Shown here: positions 24,440 to 38,820 of the stretch, piece after piece
Layout: each line of letters begins with the position of its first letter
Position numbering within the stretch: the first letter of the stretch is position 1
Source: Eledone cirrhosa
Lineage: Eukaryota
Length of the DNA: 64,000 nucleotides
Direction: 5' to 3'
Assembly: GCA_964016885.1 (NCBI GenBank)
Contig: CAXHJY010001472.1
Coordinates: forward strand, 558,001-622,000
The notes under the pieces: model-generated
Database searches by the model: none
Told to the model about the DNA's origin: nothing
Seen by the model: the letters and a program-made list of their open reading frames with translations, nothing else
Translations under genes and position numbers: made by a program

Positions 24440-27400
24440 TTTTAACAAATTATCTCCGCCTGATTTTTTTAAAAAAATTATCTCCCCTTGGACGGCTGGA
24501 AATTATCTCCCCTTGGACGGCTGGAAATTATCTCCCCTTGGACGGCTAGAAATTACCTCTCCTTGGACGGCTGAAAATTATCTCCCCTTGGACGGCTGCA
24601 AATTATCTCCCCTTGATTTTTTTTACAAATTATCTCCCCTTGATTTTTTTTTACAAATTATCTCCCCCTGATTTTTTTTACAAATTATCTTCCCTTGGAC
24701 GGCTGGAAATTATCTCCCCTTGGAAGGATGGAAATTATCTCCCCTTGGACGGCTGGAAATTATCTCCCCTTGCACGGCTGGAAATTATCTCCCCGTGGAC
24801 AGCTGGAAATTATCTGCCCTTGATTTTGTTTTTACAAATTATCTCCCCCTGATTTTTTTTACAAATTATCTCCACCTGATTTTTTTAAAAATTATCTCCC
24901 CTTGGACGGCTGGAAATTATCTCCCCTTGGCTGGAAATTATCTCCCCTTGGACGGCTAGAAATTATCTCTCTTTGGACGGCTGGAAATTATCTCCCTTTG
25001 ATTTTTTTAACAAATTATCTCCCTCTGATTTTTTTTACAAATCTCCCCCTGATTTTTTTAAAAAAATTATCTCCCCTTCGCTGGCTGGAAATTATCTCCC
25101 CTTGGACACTGGAAATTATAGCCCCCTGGAGGGCTGGAAATTATCTTCCCTTGGACGGCTGGAAATTATCTCCCCTTGATTTTTTTTACAAATTATCTCC
25201 CCCTGATTTTTTTTTACAAATTATCTCCCCCTGATTTTTTTTACAAATTATCTCCCCCTGATTTTTTTTTACAAATTATCTCCCCCTGATATTTTTTTTA
25301 CAAATTATCTCCGCCTGATTTTTTTAAAAAAATTATCTCCCCTTGGACGGCTGGAAATTATCTCCCCTTGGACGGCTGGAAATTATCTCCCCTTGGACGG
25401 CTAGAAATTACCTCTCCTTGGACGGCTGAAAATTATCTCCCCTTGGACGGCTGCAAATTATCTCCCCTTGATTTTTTTTACAAATTATCTCCCCTTGATT
25501 TTTTTTTATAAATTATCTCCCCCTGATTTTTTTTACAAATTATCTTCCCTTGGACGGCTGGAAATTATCTCCCCTTGGAAGGATGGAAATTATCTCCCCT
25601 TGGACGGCTGGAAATTATCTCCACTTGCACGGCTGGAAATTATCTCCCCTTGGACAGCTGGAAATTATCTGCCCTTGATTTTTTTTTACAAATTATCTCC
25701 CCCTGATTTTTTTTTACAAATTATCTCCCCCTGATTTTTTTTTTACAAATTATCTCCGCCTGATTTTTTTTTAAAATTATCTCCCCTTGGACGGCTGGAA
25801 ATTATCTCCCCTTGGACGGCTGGAAATTATCTTCCCTTGGACGGCTAGAAATTACCTCTCCTTGGACGGCTGAAAATTATCTCCCCTTGGACGGCTGCAA
25901 ATTATCTCCCCTTGATTTTTTTTACAAATTATCTCCCCTTGATTTTTTTTTATATATTATCTCCCCCTGATTTTTTTTACAAATTATCTTCCCTTGGACG
26001 GCTGGAAATTATCTCCCCTTGGAAGGATGGAAATTATCTCCCCTTGGACGGCTGGAAATTATCTCCCCTTGCACGGCTGGAAATTATCTCCCCTTGGACA
26101 GCTGGAAATTATCTGCCCTTGATTTTTTTTTACAAATTATCTCCCCCTGATTTTTTTTTACAAATTATCTCCCCCTGATTTTTTTTTTACAAATTATCTC
26201 CGCCTGATTTTTTTTTAAAATTATCTCCCCTTGGACGGCTGAAAATTATCTCCCCTTGGACGGCTGGAAATTATCTTCCCTTGGACGGCTAGAAATTACC
26301 TCTCCTTGGACGGCTGAAAATTATCTCCCCTTGGACGGCTGGAAATTATCTCCCCTTGATTTTTTTACAAATTATCTGCCCCTGATTTTTTTTTACAAAT
26401 TATCTCCCCCTGATTTTTTTTACAAATTATCTCCCCCTGATTTTTTTTTACAAATTATCTCCCCCTGATTTTTTTTTTACAAATTATCTCCCCCTGATTT
26501 TTTTACAAATTATCTCCCCCTGATTTTTTTTACAATCTCCGCCTGATTTTTTAAAAAATTATCTTCCCTTGGCTGGCGGGAAATTATCTCCCCTTGGACG
26601 GCTGGAAATTATCTCCCCTTGGCTGGAAATTATCTCCCCTTGGACACTGGAAATTATAGCCCCTTGGAGGGCTGGAAATTATCTTCTCTTGGACGGCTGG
26701 AAATTATCTCCTCTTGATTTTTTTACAAATTATCTGCCCCTGATTTTTTTTTTACAAATTATCTCCCCCTGATTTTTTTTTTACAAATTATCTACCCCTG
26801 ATTTTTTTTAACAAATTATCTCCGCCTGATTTTTTTAAAAAAATTATCTCCCCTTGGACGGCTGGAAATTATCTCCCCTTGGACGGCTGGAAATTATCTC
26901 CCCTTGGACGGCTAGAAATTACCTCTCCTTGGACGGCTGAAAATTATCTCCCCTTGGACGGCTGCAAATTATCTCCCCTTGATTTTTTTTACAAATTATC
27001 TCCCCTTGATTTTTTTTTACAAATTATCTCCCCCTGATTTTTTTTACAAATTATCTTCCCTTGGACGGCTGGAAATTATCTCCCCTTGGAAGGATGGAAA
27101 TTATCTCCCCTTGGACGGCTGGAAATTATCTCCCCTTGCACGGCTGGAAATTATCTCCCCGTGGACAGCTGGAAATTATCTGCCCTTGATTTTGTTTTTA
27201 CAAATTATCTCCCCCTGATTTTTTTTACAAATTATCTCCACCTGATTTTTTTAAAAATTATCTCCCCTTGGACGGCTGGAAATTATCTCCCCTTGGCTGG
27301 AAATTATCTCCCCTTGGACGGCTAGAAATTATCTCTCTTTGGACGGCTGGAAATTATCTCCCTTTGATTTTTTTAACAAATTATCTCCCTCTGATTTTTT

Positions 27401-29170
27401 TTACAAATCTCCCCCTGATTTTTTTAAAAAAATTATCTCCCCTTCGCTGGCTGGAAATTATCTCCCCTTGGACACTGGAAATTATAGCCCCCTGGAGGGC
27501 TGGAAATTATCTTCCCTTGGACGGCTGGAAATTATCTCCCCTTGATTTTTTTTACAAATTATCTCCCCCTGATTTTTTTTTACAAATTATCTCCCCCTGA
27601 TTTTTTTTACAAATTATCTCCCCCTGATTTTTTTTTACAAATTATCTCCCCCTGATATTTTTTTTACAAATTATCTCCGCCTGATTTTTTTAAAAAAATT
27701 ATCTCCCCTTGGACGGCTGGAAATTATCTCCCCTTGGACGGCTGGAAATTATCTCCCCTTGGACGGCTAGAAATTACCTCTCCTTGGACGGCTGAAAATT
27801 ATCTCCCCTTGGACGGCTGCAAATTATCTCCCCTTGATTTTTTTTACAAATTATCTCCCCTTGATTTTTTTTTATAAATTATCTCCCCCTGATTTTTTTT
27901 ACAAATTATCTTCCCTTGGACGGCTGGAAATTATCTCCCCTTGGAAGGATGGAAATTATCTCCCCTTGGACGGCTGGAAATTATCTCCCCTTGCACGGCT
28001 GGAAATTATCTCCCCTTGGACAGCTGGAAATTATCTGCCCTTGATTTTTTTTTACAAATTATCTCCCCCTGATTTTTTTTTACAAATTATCTCCCCCTGA
28101 TTTTTTTTTTACAAATTATCTCCGCCTGATTTTTTTTTAAAATTATCTCCCCTTGGACGGCTGGAAATTATCTCCCCTTGGACGGCTGGAAATTATCTTC
28201 CCTTGGACGGCTAGAAATTACCTCTCCTTGGACGGCTGAAAATTATCTCCCCTTGGACGGCTGCAAATTATCTCCCCTTGATTTTTTTTACAAATTATCT
28301 CCCCTTGATTTTTTTTTATATATTATCTCCCCCTGATTTTTTTTACAAATTATCTTCCCTTGGACGGCTGGAAATTATCTCCCCTTGGAAGGATGGAAAT
28401 TATCTCCCCTTGGACGGCTGGAAATTATCTCCCCTTGCACGGCTGGAAATTATCTCCCCTTGGACAGCTGGAAATTATCTGCCCTTGATTTTTTTTTACA
28501 AATTATCTCCCCCTGATTTTTTTTTACAAATTATCTCCCCCTGATTTTTTTTTTACAAATTATCTCCGCCTGATTTTTTTTTAAAATTATCTCCCCTTGG
28601 ACGGCTGAAAATTATCTCCCCTTGGACGGCTGGAAATTATCTTCCCTTGGACGGCTAGAAATTACCTCTCCTTGGACGGCTGAAAATTATCTCCCCTTGG
28701 ACGGCTGGAAATTATCTCCCCTTGATTTTTTTACAAATTATCTGCCTCTGATTTTTTTTTACAAATTATCTCCCCCTGATTTTTTTTACAAATTATCTCC
28801 CCCTGATTTTTTTTTACAAATTATCTCCCCCTGATTTTTTTTTTACAAATTATCTCCCCCTGATTTTTTTACAAATTATCTCCCCCTGATTTTTTTTACA
28901 ATCTCCGCCTGATTTTTTAAAAAATTATCTTCCCTTGGCTGGCGGGAAATTATCTCCCCTTGGACGGCTGGAAATTATCTCCCCTTGGCTGGAAATTATC
29001 TCCCCTTGGACACTGGAAATTATAGCCCCTTGGAGGGCTGGAAATTATCTTCCCTTGGACGGCTGGAAATTATCTCCTCTTGATTTTTTTACAAATTATC
29101 TGCCCCTGATTTTTTTTTTACAAATTATCTCCCCCTGATTTTTTTTTTACAAATTATCTACCCCTGATTT
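24440..29170 (+). repeat. 2,366-bp tandem duplication, each copy containing an internal 444-bp duplication
   Basis: Offset is exactly 2366 for 24613, 24720, 24902, 25468, 25912, 26256 and 26569. Private variants are CCCGTGGACAG (~24792/27158) and TATATATTAT (~25951/28317). The internal offset of 444 is seen at 25468->25912 and 27834->28278. Confidence 0.93.
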
Positions 29171-31039
29171 TTTTTACAAATTATCTCCCCCTGATTATTT
29201 TTTTACAAATTATCTCCCCCTGATTTTTTAAAAAATGATCTCCCCTTGGACGGCTGGAAATGATCTCCCCTTGGCTGGTTGGAAATTATCTCCCCTTGGA
29301 CCGCTAGAAATTATCTCTCCTTGGACGGCTGGAAATTATTTCCCCTTGATTTTTATTACAAATCTCCCCCTAATTTAAAAAAAAATTATCTCCCCTTCGC
29401 TGGCTGGAAATTATCTCCCTTTGGACGGCTGGAAATTATAGCCCCTTGTAGGGCTGGAAATTATCTCCCCTTGGACGGCTGGAAATTATCTCCCCTTGAT
29501 TTTTTTTACAAATTATCTCCCCCTGATTTTTTTAAAAATGATCTCCCCTTGGACGGCTGGAAATGATCTCCCCTTGGCTGGTTGGAAATTATCTCCCCTT
29601 GGACCGCTAGAAATTATCTCTCCTTGGATGGCTGGAAATTATCTCCCCTTGATTTTTTTACAAATTATCTCCCCCTGATTTTTTTTACAAATCTCCCAGT
29701 GATTTTTAAAAAAAATTTTCTCCCCTTCGCTGGCTGGAAATTATCTCCCCTTGGACGCTGGAAATTATAGCCCCTTGGAAGGCTGGAAATTATCTTCCCT
29801 TGGACGGCTGGAAATTATCTCCCCTTGATTTTTTTTTACAAATTATCTCCCCCTGATTTTTTTTTTACAAATTATCTCCCCCTGATTTTTTTTAACAAAT
29901 TATCTCCGCCTGATTTTTTTAAAAAAATTATCTCCCCTTGGACGGCTGGAAATTATCTCCCCTTGGACGGCTGGAAATTATCTCCCCTTGGACGGCTAGA
30001 AATTACCTCTCCTTGGATGGCTGAAAATTATCTCCCCTTGGACGGCTGCAAATTATCTCCCCTTGATTTTTTTTACAAATTATCTCCCCTTGATTTTTTT
30101 TATAAATTATCTCCCCCTGATTTTTTTTACAAATTATCTTCCCTTGGACGGCTGGAAATTATCTCCCCTTGGAAGGATGGAAATTATCTCCCCTTGGACG
30201 GCTGGAAATTATCTCCCCTTGCACGGCTGGAAATTATCTCCCCTTGGACAGCTGGAAATTATCTGCCCTTGATTTTTATTTACAAATTATCTCCCCCTGA
30301 TTTTTTTTTACAAATTATCTCCCCCTGATTTTTTTTTTACAAATTATCTCCGCCTGATTTTTTTTTTAAATTATCTCCCCTTGGACGGCTGGAAATTATC
30401 TCCCCTTGGACGGCTGGAAATTATCTTCCCTTGGACGGCTAGAAATTACCTCTCCTTGGACGGCTGAAAATTATCTCCCCTTGGACGGCTGGAAATTATC
30501 TCCCCTTGATTTTTTTACAAATTATCTGCCCCTGATTTTTTTTTACAAATTATCTCCCCCTGATTTTTTTTTACAAATTATCTCCCCCTGATTTTTTTTT
30601 ACTAATTATCTCCCCCTGATTTTTTTTTTACAAATTATCTCCCCCTGATTTTTTTACAAATTATCTCCCCCTGATTTTTTTTACAATCTCCGCCTGATTT
30701 TTTAAAAAATTATCTTCCCTTGGCTGGCGGGAAATTATCTCCCCTTGGACGGTTGGAAATTATCTCCCCTTGGCTGGAAATTATCTCCCCTTGGACACTG
30801 GAAATTATAGCCCCTTGGAGGGCTGGAAATTATCTTCCCTTGGACGGCTGGAAATTATCTCCCCTTGATTTTTTTTTACAAATTATCTCCCCCTGATTTT
30901 TTTTTTACAAATTATCTCCCCCTGATTTTTTTTAACAAATTATCTCCGCCTGATTTTTTTAAAAAAATTATCTCCCCTTGGACGGCTGGAAATTATCTCC
31001 CCTTGGACGGCTGGAAATTATCTCCCCTTGGACGGCTAG

Positions 31040-34000
31040 AAATTATCTCCCCTTGATTTTTTTTACAAATTATCTCCCCTTGATTTTTTTTTATAAATTA
31101 TCTCCCCCTGATTTTTTTTACAAATTATCTTCCCTTGGACGGCTGGAAATTATCTCCCCTTGGAAGGATGGAAATTATCTCCCCTTGGACGGCTGGAAAT
31201 TATCTCCCCTTGCACGGCTGGAAATTATCTCCCCTTGGACAGCTGGAAATTATCTGCCCTTGATTTTTTTTTACAAATTATCTCCCCCTGATTTTTTTTT
31301 ACAAATTATCTCCCCCTGATTTTTTTTTTACAAATTATCTCCGCCTGATTTTTTTTTAAAATTATCTCCCCTTGGACGGCTGGAAATTATCTCCCCTTGG
31401 ACGGCTGGAAATTATCTTCCCTTGGACGGCTAGAAATTACCTCTCCTTGGACGGCTGAAAATTATCTCCCCTTGGACGGCTGGAAATTATCTCCCCTTGA
31501 TTTTTTTACAAATTATCTGCCCCTGATTTTTTTTTACAAATTATCTCCCCCTGATTTTTTTTTACAAATTATCTCCCCCTGATTTTTTTTTACTAATTAT
31601 CTCCCCCTGATTTTTTTTTTACAAATTATCTCCCCCTGATTTTTTTACAAATTATCTCCCCCTGATTTTTTTTACAATCTCCGCCTGATTTTTTAAAAAA
31701 TTATCTTCCCTTGGCTGGCGGGAAATTATCTCCCCTTGGACGGTTGGAAATTATCTCCCCTTGGCTGGAAATTATCTCCCCTTGGACACTGGAAATTATA
31801 GCCCCTTGGAGGGCTGGAAATTATCTTCCCTTGGACGGCTGGAAATTATCTCCCCTTGATTTTTTTACAAATTATCTGCCCCTGATTTTTTTTTTACAAA
31901 TTATCTCCCCCTGATTTTTTTTTACAAATTATCTACCCCTGATTTTTTTTACAAATTATCTCCCCCTGATTTTTTTTTTACAAATTATCTCCCCCTGATT
32001 TTTTTAAAAATGATCTCCCCTTGGACGGCTGGAAATGATCTCCCCTTGGCTGGTTGGAAATTATCTCCCCTTGGACCGCTAGAAATTATCTCTCCTTGGA
32101 CGGCTGGAAATTATTTCCCCTTGATTTTTTTTACAAATCTCCCCCTAATTTAAAAAAAAATTATCTCCCCTTCGCTGGCTGGAAATTATCTCCCTTTGGA
32201 CGGCTGGAAATTATAGCCCCTTGTAGGGCTGGAAATTATCTCCCCTTGGACGGCTGGAAATTATCTCCCCTTGATTTTTTTTACAAATTATCTCCCCCTG
32301 ATTTTTTTAAAAATGATCTCCCCTTGGACGGCTGGAAATGATCTCCCCTTGGCTGGTTATATATTATCTCCCCTTGGACCGCTAGAAATTATCTCTCCTT
32401 GGATGGCTGGAAATTATCTCCCCTTGATTTTTTTACAAATTATCTCCCCCTGATTTTTTTTACAAATTATCTCCGCCTGATTTTTTTTAAAAAATTATCT
32501 CCCCTTGGACGGCTGGAAATTATCTCCCCTTGGACGGCTGGAAATTATCTCCCCTTGGACGGCTGGAAATTATCTCCCCTTGCACGGCTGGAAATTATCT
32601 CCCCTTGGACAGCTGGAAATTATCTGCCCTTGATTTTGTTTTTACAAATTATCTCCCCCTGATTTTTTTTACAAATTATCTCCACCTGATTTTTTTAAAA
32701 ATTATCTCCCCTTGGACGGCTGGAAATTATCTCCCCTTGGCTGGAAATTATCTCCCCTTGGACGGCTAGAAATTATCTCTCTTTGGACGGCTGGAAATTA
32801 TCTCCCTTTGATTTTTTAACAAATTATCTCCCTCTGATTTTTTTTACAAATCTCCCCCTGATTTTTTTACAAATTATCTCCCCCTGATTTTTTTTACAAT
32901 CTCCGCCTGATTTTTTAAAAAATTATCTTCCCTTGGCTGGCGGGAAATTATCTCCCCTTGGACGGCTGGAAATTTTCTCCCCTTGGCTGGAAATTATCTC
33001 CCCTTGGACACTGGAAATTATAGCCCCTTGGAGGGCTGGAAATTATCTTCCCTTGGACGGCTGGAAATTATCTCCCCTTGATTTTTTTACAAATTATCTG
33101 CCCCTGATTTTTTTTTACAAATTATCTCCCCCTGATTTTTTTTTACAAATTATCTACCCCTGATTTTTTTTACAAATTATCTCCCCCTGATTTTTTTTTT
33201 ACAAATTATCTCCCCCTGATTTTTTTAAAAATGATCTCCCCTTGGACGGCTGGAAATGATCTCCCCTTGGCTGGTTGGAAATTATCTCCCCTTGGACCGC
33301 TAGAAATTATCTCTCCTTGGACGGCTGGAAATTATTTCCCCTTGATTTTTTTTACAAATCTCCCCCTAATTTAAAAAAAAATTATCTCCCCTTCGCTGGC
33401 TGGAAATTATCTCCCTTTGGACGGCTGGAAATTATAGCCCCTTGTAGGGCTGGAAATTATCTCCCCTTGGACGGCTGGAAATTATCTCCCCTTGATTTTT
33501 TTTACAAAATATCTCCCCCTGATTTTTTTAAAAATGATCTCCCCTTGGACGGCTGGAAATGATCTCCCCTTGGCTGGTTGGAAATTATCTCCCCTTGGAC
33601 CGCTAGAAATTATCTCTCCTTGGATGGCTGGAAATTATCTCCCCTTGATTTTTCTACAAATTATCTCCCCCTGATTTTTTTTACAAATCTCCCAGTGATT
33701 TTAAAAAAAAATTTTCTCCCCTTCGCTGGCTGGAAATTATCTCCCCTTGGACGCTGGAAATTATAGCCCCTTGGAAGGCTGGAAATTATCTTCCCATGGA
33801 CGGCTGGAAATTATCTCCCCTTGATTTTTTTTTACAAATTATCTCCCCCTGATTTTTTTTTTACAAATTATCTCCCCCTGATTTTTTTTAACAAATTATT
33901 TCCGCCTGATTTTTTTAAAAAAATTATCTCCCCTTGGACGGCTGGAAATTATCTCCCCTTGGACGGCTGGAAATTATCTCCCCTTGGACGGCTAGAAATT

Positions 34001-36420
34001 ACCTCTCCTTGGACGGCTGAAAATTATCTCCCCTTGGACGGCTGCAAATTATCTCCCCTTGATTTTTTTTACAAATTATCTCCCCTTGATTTTTTTTTAT
34101 AAATTATCTCCCCCTGATTTTTTTTACAAATTATCTTCCCTTGGACGGCTGGAAATTATCTCCCCTTGGAAGGATGGAAATTATCTCCCCTTGGACGGCT
34201 GGAAATTATCTCCCCTTGCACGGCTGGAAATTATCTCCCCTTGGACAGCTGGAAATTATCTGCCCTTGATTTTTTTTTACAAATTATCTCCCCCTGATTT
34301 TTTTTTACAAATTATCTCCCCCTGATTTTTTTTTTACAAATTATCTCCGCCTGATTTTTTTTTAAAATTATCTCCCCTTGGACGGCTGAAAATTATCTCC
34401 CCTTGGACGGCTGGAAATTATCTTCCCTTGGACGGCTAGAAATTACCTCTCCTTGGACGGCTGAAAATTATCTCCCCTTGGACGGCTGGAAATTATCTCC
34501 CCTTGATTTTTTTACAAATTATCTGCCCCTGATTTTTTTTTACAAATTATCTCCCCCTGATTTTTTTTTACAAATTATCTCCCCCTGATTTTTTTTACAA
34601 ATTATCTCCCCCTGATTTTTTTTTTACAAATTATCTCCCCCTGATTTTTTTACAAATTATCTCCCCCTGATTTTTTTTACAATCTCCGCCTGATTTTTTA
34701 AAAAATTATCTTCCCTTGGCTGGCGGGAAATTATCTCCCCTTGGACGGCTGGAAATTATCTCCCCTTGGCTGGAAATTATCTCCCCTTGGACACTGGAAA
34801 TTATAGCCCCTTGGAGGGCTGGAAATTATCTTCCCTTGGACGGCTGGAAATTATCTCCCCTTGATTTTTTTACAAATTATCTGCCCCTGATTTTTTTTTT
34901 ACAAATTATCTCCCCCTGATTTTTTTTTTACAAATTATCTACCCCTGATTTTTTTTACAAATTATCTCCCCCTGATTTTTTTTTTACAAATTATCTCCCC
35001 CTGATTTTTTTAAAAATGATCTCCCCTTGGACGGCTGGAAATGATCTCCCCTTGGCTGGTTGGAAATTATCTCCCCTTGGACCGCTAGAAATTATCTCTC
35101 CTTGGACGGCTGGAAATTATTTCCCCTTGATTTTTATTACAAATCTCCCCCTAATTTAAAAAAAAATTATCTCCCCTTCGCTGGCTGGAAATTATCTCCC
35201 TTTGGAAGGCTGGAAATTATAGCCCCTTGTAGGGCTGGAAATTATCTCCCCTTGGACGGCTGGAAATTATCTCCCCTTGATTTTTTTTACAAATTATCTC
35301 CCCCTGATTTTTTTAAAAATGATCTCCCCTTGGACGGCTGGAAATGATCTCCCCTTGGCTGGTTGGAAATTATCTCCCCTTGGACCGCTAGAAATTATCT
35401 CTCCTTGGATGGCTGGAAATTATCTCCCCTTGATTTTTTTACAAATTATCTCCCCCTGATTTTTTTTACAAATCTCCCAGTGATTTTTAAAAAAAATTTT
35501 CTCCCCTTCGCTGGCTGGAAATTATCTCCCCTTGGACGCTGGAAATTATAGCCCCTTGGAAGGCTGGAAATTATCTTCCCTTGGACGGCTGGAAATTATC
35601 TCCCCTTGATTTTTTTTTACAAATTATCTCCCCCTGATTTTTTTTTTACAAATTATCTCCCCCTGATTTTTTTTAACAAATTATCTCCGCCTGATTTTTT
35701 AAAAAAAATTATCTCCCCTTGGACGGCTGGAAATTATCTCCCCTTGGACGGCTGGAAATTATCTCCCCTTGGACGGCTAGAAATTACCTCTCCTTGGACG
35801 GCTGAAAATTATCTCCCCTTGGACGGCTGCAAATTATCTCCCCTTGATTTTTTTTACAAATTATCTCCCCTTGATTTTTTTTTACAAATTATCTCCCCCT
35901 GATTTTTTTTACAAATTATCTTCCCTTGGACGGCAGGAAATTATCTCCCCTTGGAAGGATGGAAATTATCTCCCCTTGGACGGCTGGAAATTATCTCCCC
36001 TTGCACGGCTGGAAATTATCTCCCCTTGGACAGCTGGAAATTATCTGCCCTTGATTTTGTTTTTACAAATTATCTCCCCCTGATTTTTTTTACAAATTAT
36101 CTCCACCTGATTTTTTTAAAAATTATCTCCCCTTGGACGGCTGGAAATTATCTCCCCTTGGCTGGAAATTATCTCCCCTTGGACGGCTAGAAATTATCTC
36201 TCTTTGGACGGCTGGAAATTATCTCCATTTGATTTTTTTAACAAATTATCTCCCTCTGATTTTTTTTACAAATCTCCCCCTGATTTTTTTAAAAAAATTA
36301 TCTCCCCTTCGCTGGCTGGAAATTATCTCCCCTTGGACACTGGAAATTATAGCCCCCTGGAGGGCTGGAAATTATCTTCCCTTGGACGGCTGGAAATTAT
36401 CTCCCCTTGATTTTTTTACA
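31040..36420 (+). repeat. Copy of ~19630-25190 (~11.2-11.4 kb offset)
   Basis: Offsets are 11412 (19985->31397, 20299->31711), 11439 (20615->32054) and 11230-11232 (21298->32530 through 24902->36133). Shared variant CTTCCCATGG at ~22558/33790. Confidence 0.87.
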
Positions 36421-37789
36421 AATTATCTCCCCCTGATTTTTTTTACAAATTATCTCCCCCTGATTTTTTTTACAAATTATCTCCCCCTGATTTTTTTTTA
36501 CAAATTATCTCCCCCTGATATTTTTTTTACAAATTATCTCCGCCTGATTTTTTTAAAAAAATTATCTCCCCTTGGACGGCTGGAAATTATCTCCCCTTGG
36601 ACGGCTGGAAATTATCTCCCCTTGGACGGCTAGAAATTACCTCTCCTTGGACGGCTGAAAATTATCTCCCCTTGGACGGCTGCAAATTATCTCCCCTTGA
36701 TTTTTTTTACAAATTATCTCCCCCTGATTTTTTTTTACAAATTATCTCCCCCTGATTTTTTTTTTACAAATCTCCGCCTGATTTTAAAAAAAAATTATCT
36801 CCCCTTGGACGGCTGGAAATTATCTCCCCTTGGACGGCTGGAAATTATCTTCCCTTGGACGGCTAGAAATTACCTCTCCTTGGACGGCTGAAAATTATCT
36901 CCCCTTGGACGGCTGGAAATTATCTCCCCTTGATTTTTTTACAAATTATCTGCCCCTGATTCTTTTTTTACAAATTATCTCCCCCTGATTTTTTTAAAAA
37001 TGATCTCCCCTTGGACGGCTGGAAATGATCTCCCCTTGGCTGGTTGGAAATTATCTCCCCTTGGACCGCTAGAAATAATCTCTCCTTGGACGGCTGGAAA
37101 TTATCTCCCCTTGATTTTTTTTACAAATCTCCCCCTAATTTAAAAAAAAATTATCTCCCCTTCGCTGGCTGGAAATTATCTCTCTTTGGACGGCTGGAAA
37201 TTATAGCCCCTTGTAGGGCTGGAAATTATCTCCCCTTGGACGGCTGGAAATTATCTCCCCTTGATTTTTTTTACAAATTATCTCCCCCTGACTTTTTTAA
37301 AAATGATCTCCCCTTGGACGGCTGGAAATGATCTCCCCTTGGCTGGTTGGAAATTTTCTCCCCTTGGACCGCTAGAAATTATCTCTCCTTGGACGGCTGG
37401 AAATTATCTCCCCTTGATTTTTTTACAAATTATCTCCCCCTGATTTTTTTTACAAATCTCCCAGTGATTTTTTAAAAAAATTATCTCCCCTTCGCTGGCT
37501 GGAAATTATCTCCCCTTGGACGCTGGAAATTATAGCCCCTTGGAGGGCTGGAAATTATCTTCCCTTGGACGGCTGGAAATTATCTCCCCTTGATTTTTTT
37601 TACAAATTATCTCCCCCTGATTTTTTTTTACAAATTATCTCCCCCTGATTTTTTTTACAAATTATCTCCCCCTGATTTTTTTTAACAAATTATCTCCCCT
37701 TGGACGGCTGGAAATTATCTCCCCTTGGACGGCTGGAAATTATCTCCCCTTGGATGGCTAGAAATTACCTCTCCTTGGACAGCTGAAAA

Positions 37790-38820
37790 TTATCTCCCCT
37801 TGGACGACTGCAAATTATCTCCCCTTGATTTTTTTTACAAATTATCTCCCCCTGATTTTTTTTTACAAATTATCTCCCCCTGATTTTTTTTACAAAATAT
37901 CTCCCCCTGATTTTTTTACAAATTATCTCCCCCTGATTTTTTTTACAATCTCCGCCTGATTTTTTTAAAAATTATCTTGCCTTGGCTGGCTGGAAATTAT
38001 CTCCCCTTGGACGGCTGGAAATTATCTCCCCTTGGAAGGATGGAAATTATCTCCCCTTGGACGGCTGGAAATTATCTCCCCTTGCACGGCTGGAAATTAT
38101 CTCCCCTTGGACAGCTGGAAATTATCTGCCCTTGATTTTGTTTTTACAAATTATGTTCCCCTGATTTTTTTTACAAATTATCTCCACCTGATTTTTTAAA
38201 AAATTATCTCCCCTTGGACGGCTGGAAATTATCTCCCCTTGGTTGGAAATTATCTCCCCTTGGACGGCTAGAAATTATCTCTGTTTGGACGGCTGGAAAT
38301 TATCTCCCCTTGGACGACTGCAAATTATCTCCCCTTGATTTTTTTTACAAATTATCTCCCCCTGATTTTTTTTTACAAATTATCTCCCCCTGATTTTTTT
38401 TACAAAATATCTCCCCCTGATTTTTTTACAAATTATCTCCCCCTGATTTTTTTTACAATCTCCGCCTGATTTTTTTAAAAATTATCTTGCCTTGGCTGGC
38501 TGGAAATTATCTCCCCTTGGACGGCTGGAAATTATCTCCCCTTGGAAGGATGGAAATTATCTCCCCTTGGACGGCTGGAAATTATCTCCCCTTGCACGGC
38601 TGGAAATTATCTCCCCTTGGACAGCTGGAAATTATCTGCCCTTGATTTTGTTTTTACAAATTATGTTCCCCTGATTTTTTTTACAAATTATCTCCACCTG
38701 ATTTTTTAAAAAATTATCTCCCCTTGGACGGCTGGAAATTATCTCCCCTTGGTTGGAAATTATCTCCCCTTGGACGGCTAGAAATTATCTCTGTTTGGAC
38801 GGCTGGAAATTATCTCCCTT
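37790..38820 (+). repeat. 510-bp tandem duplication inside a partial copy (~36670-39000) of the 1-1900 block
   Basis: Identical ORFs at 37982 and 38492. The private variant GGACGACTG occurs at ~37802 and ~38312. Offsets to the first block are 26->36697 and 591->37261. Confidence 0.9.
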
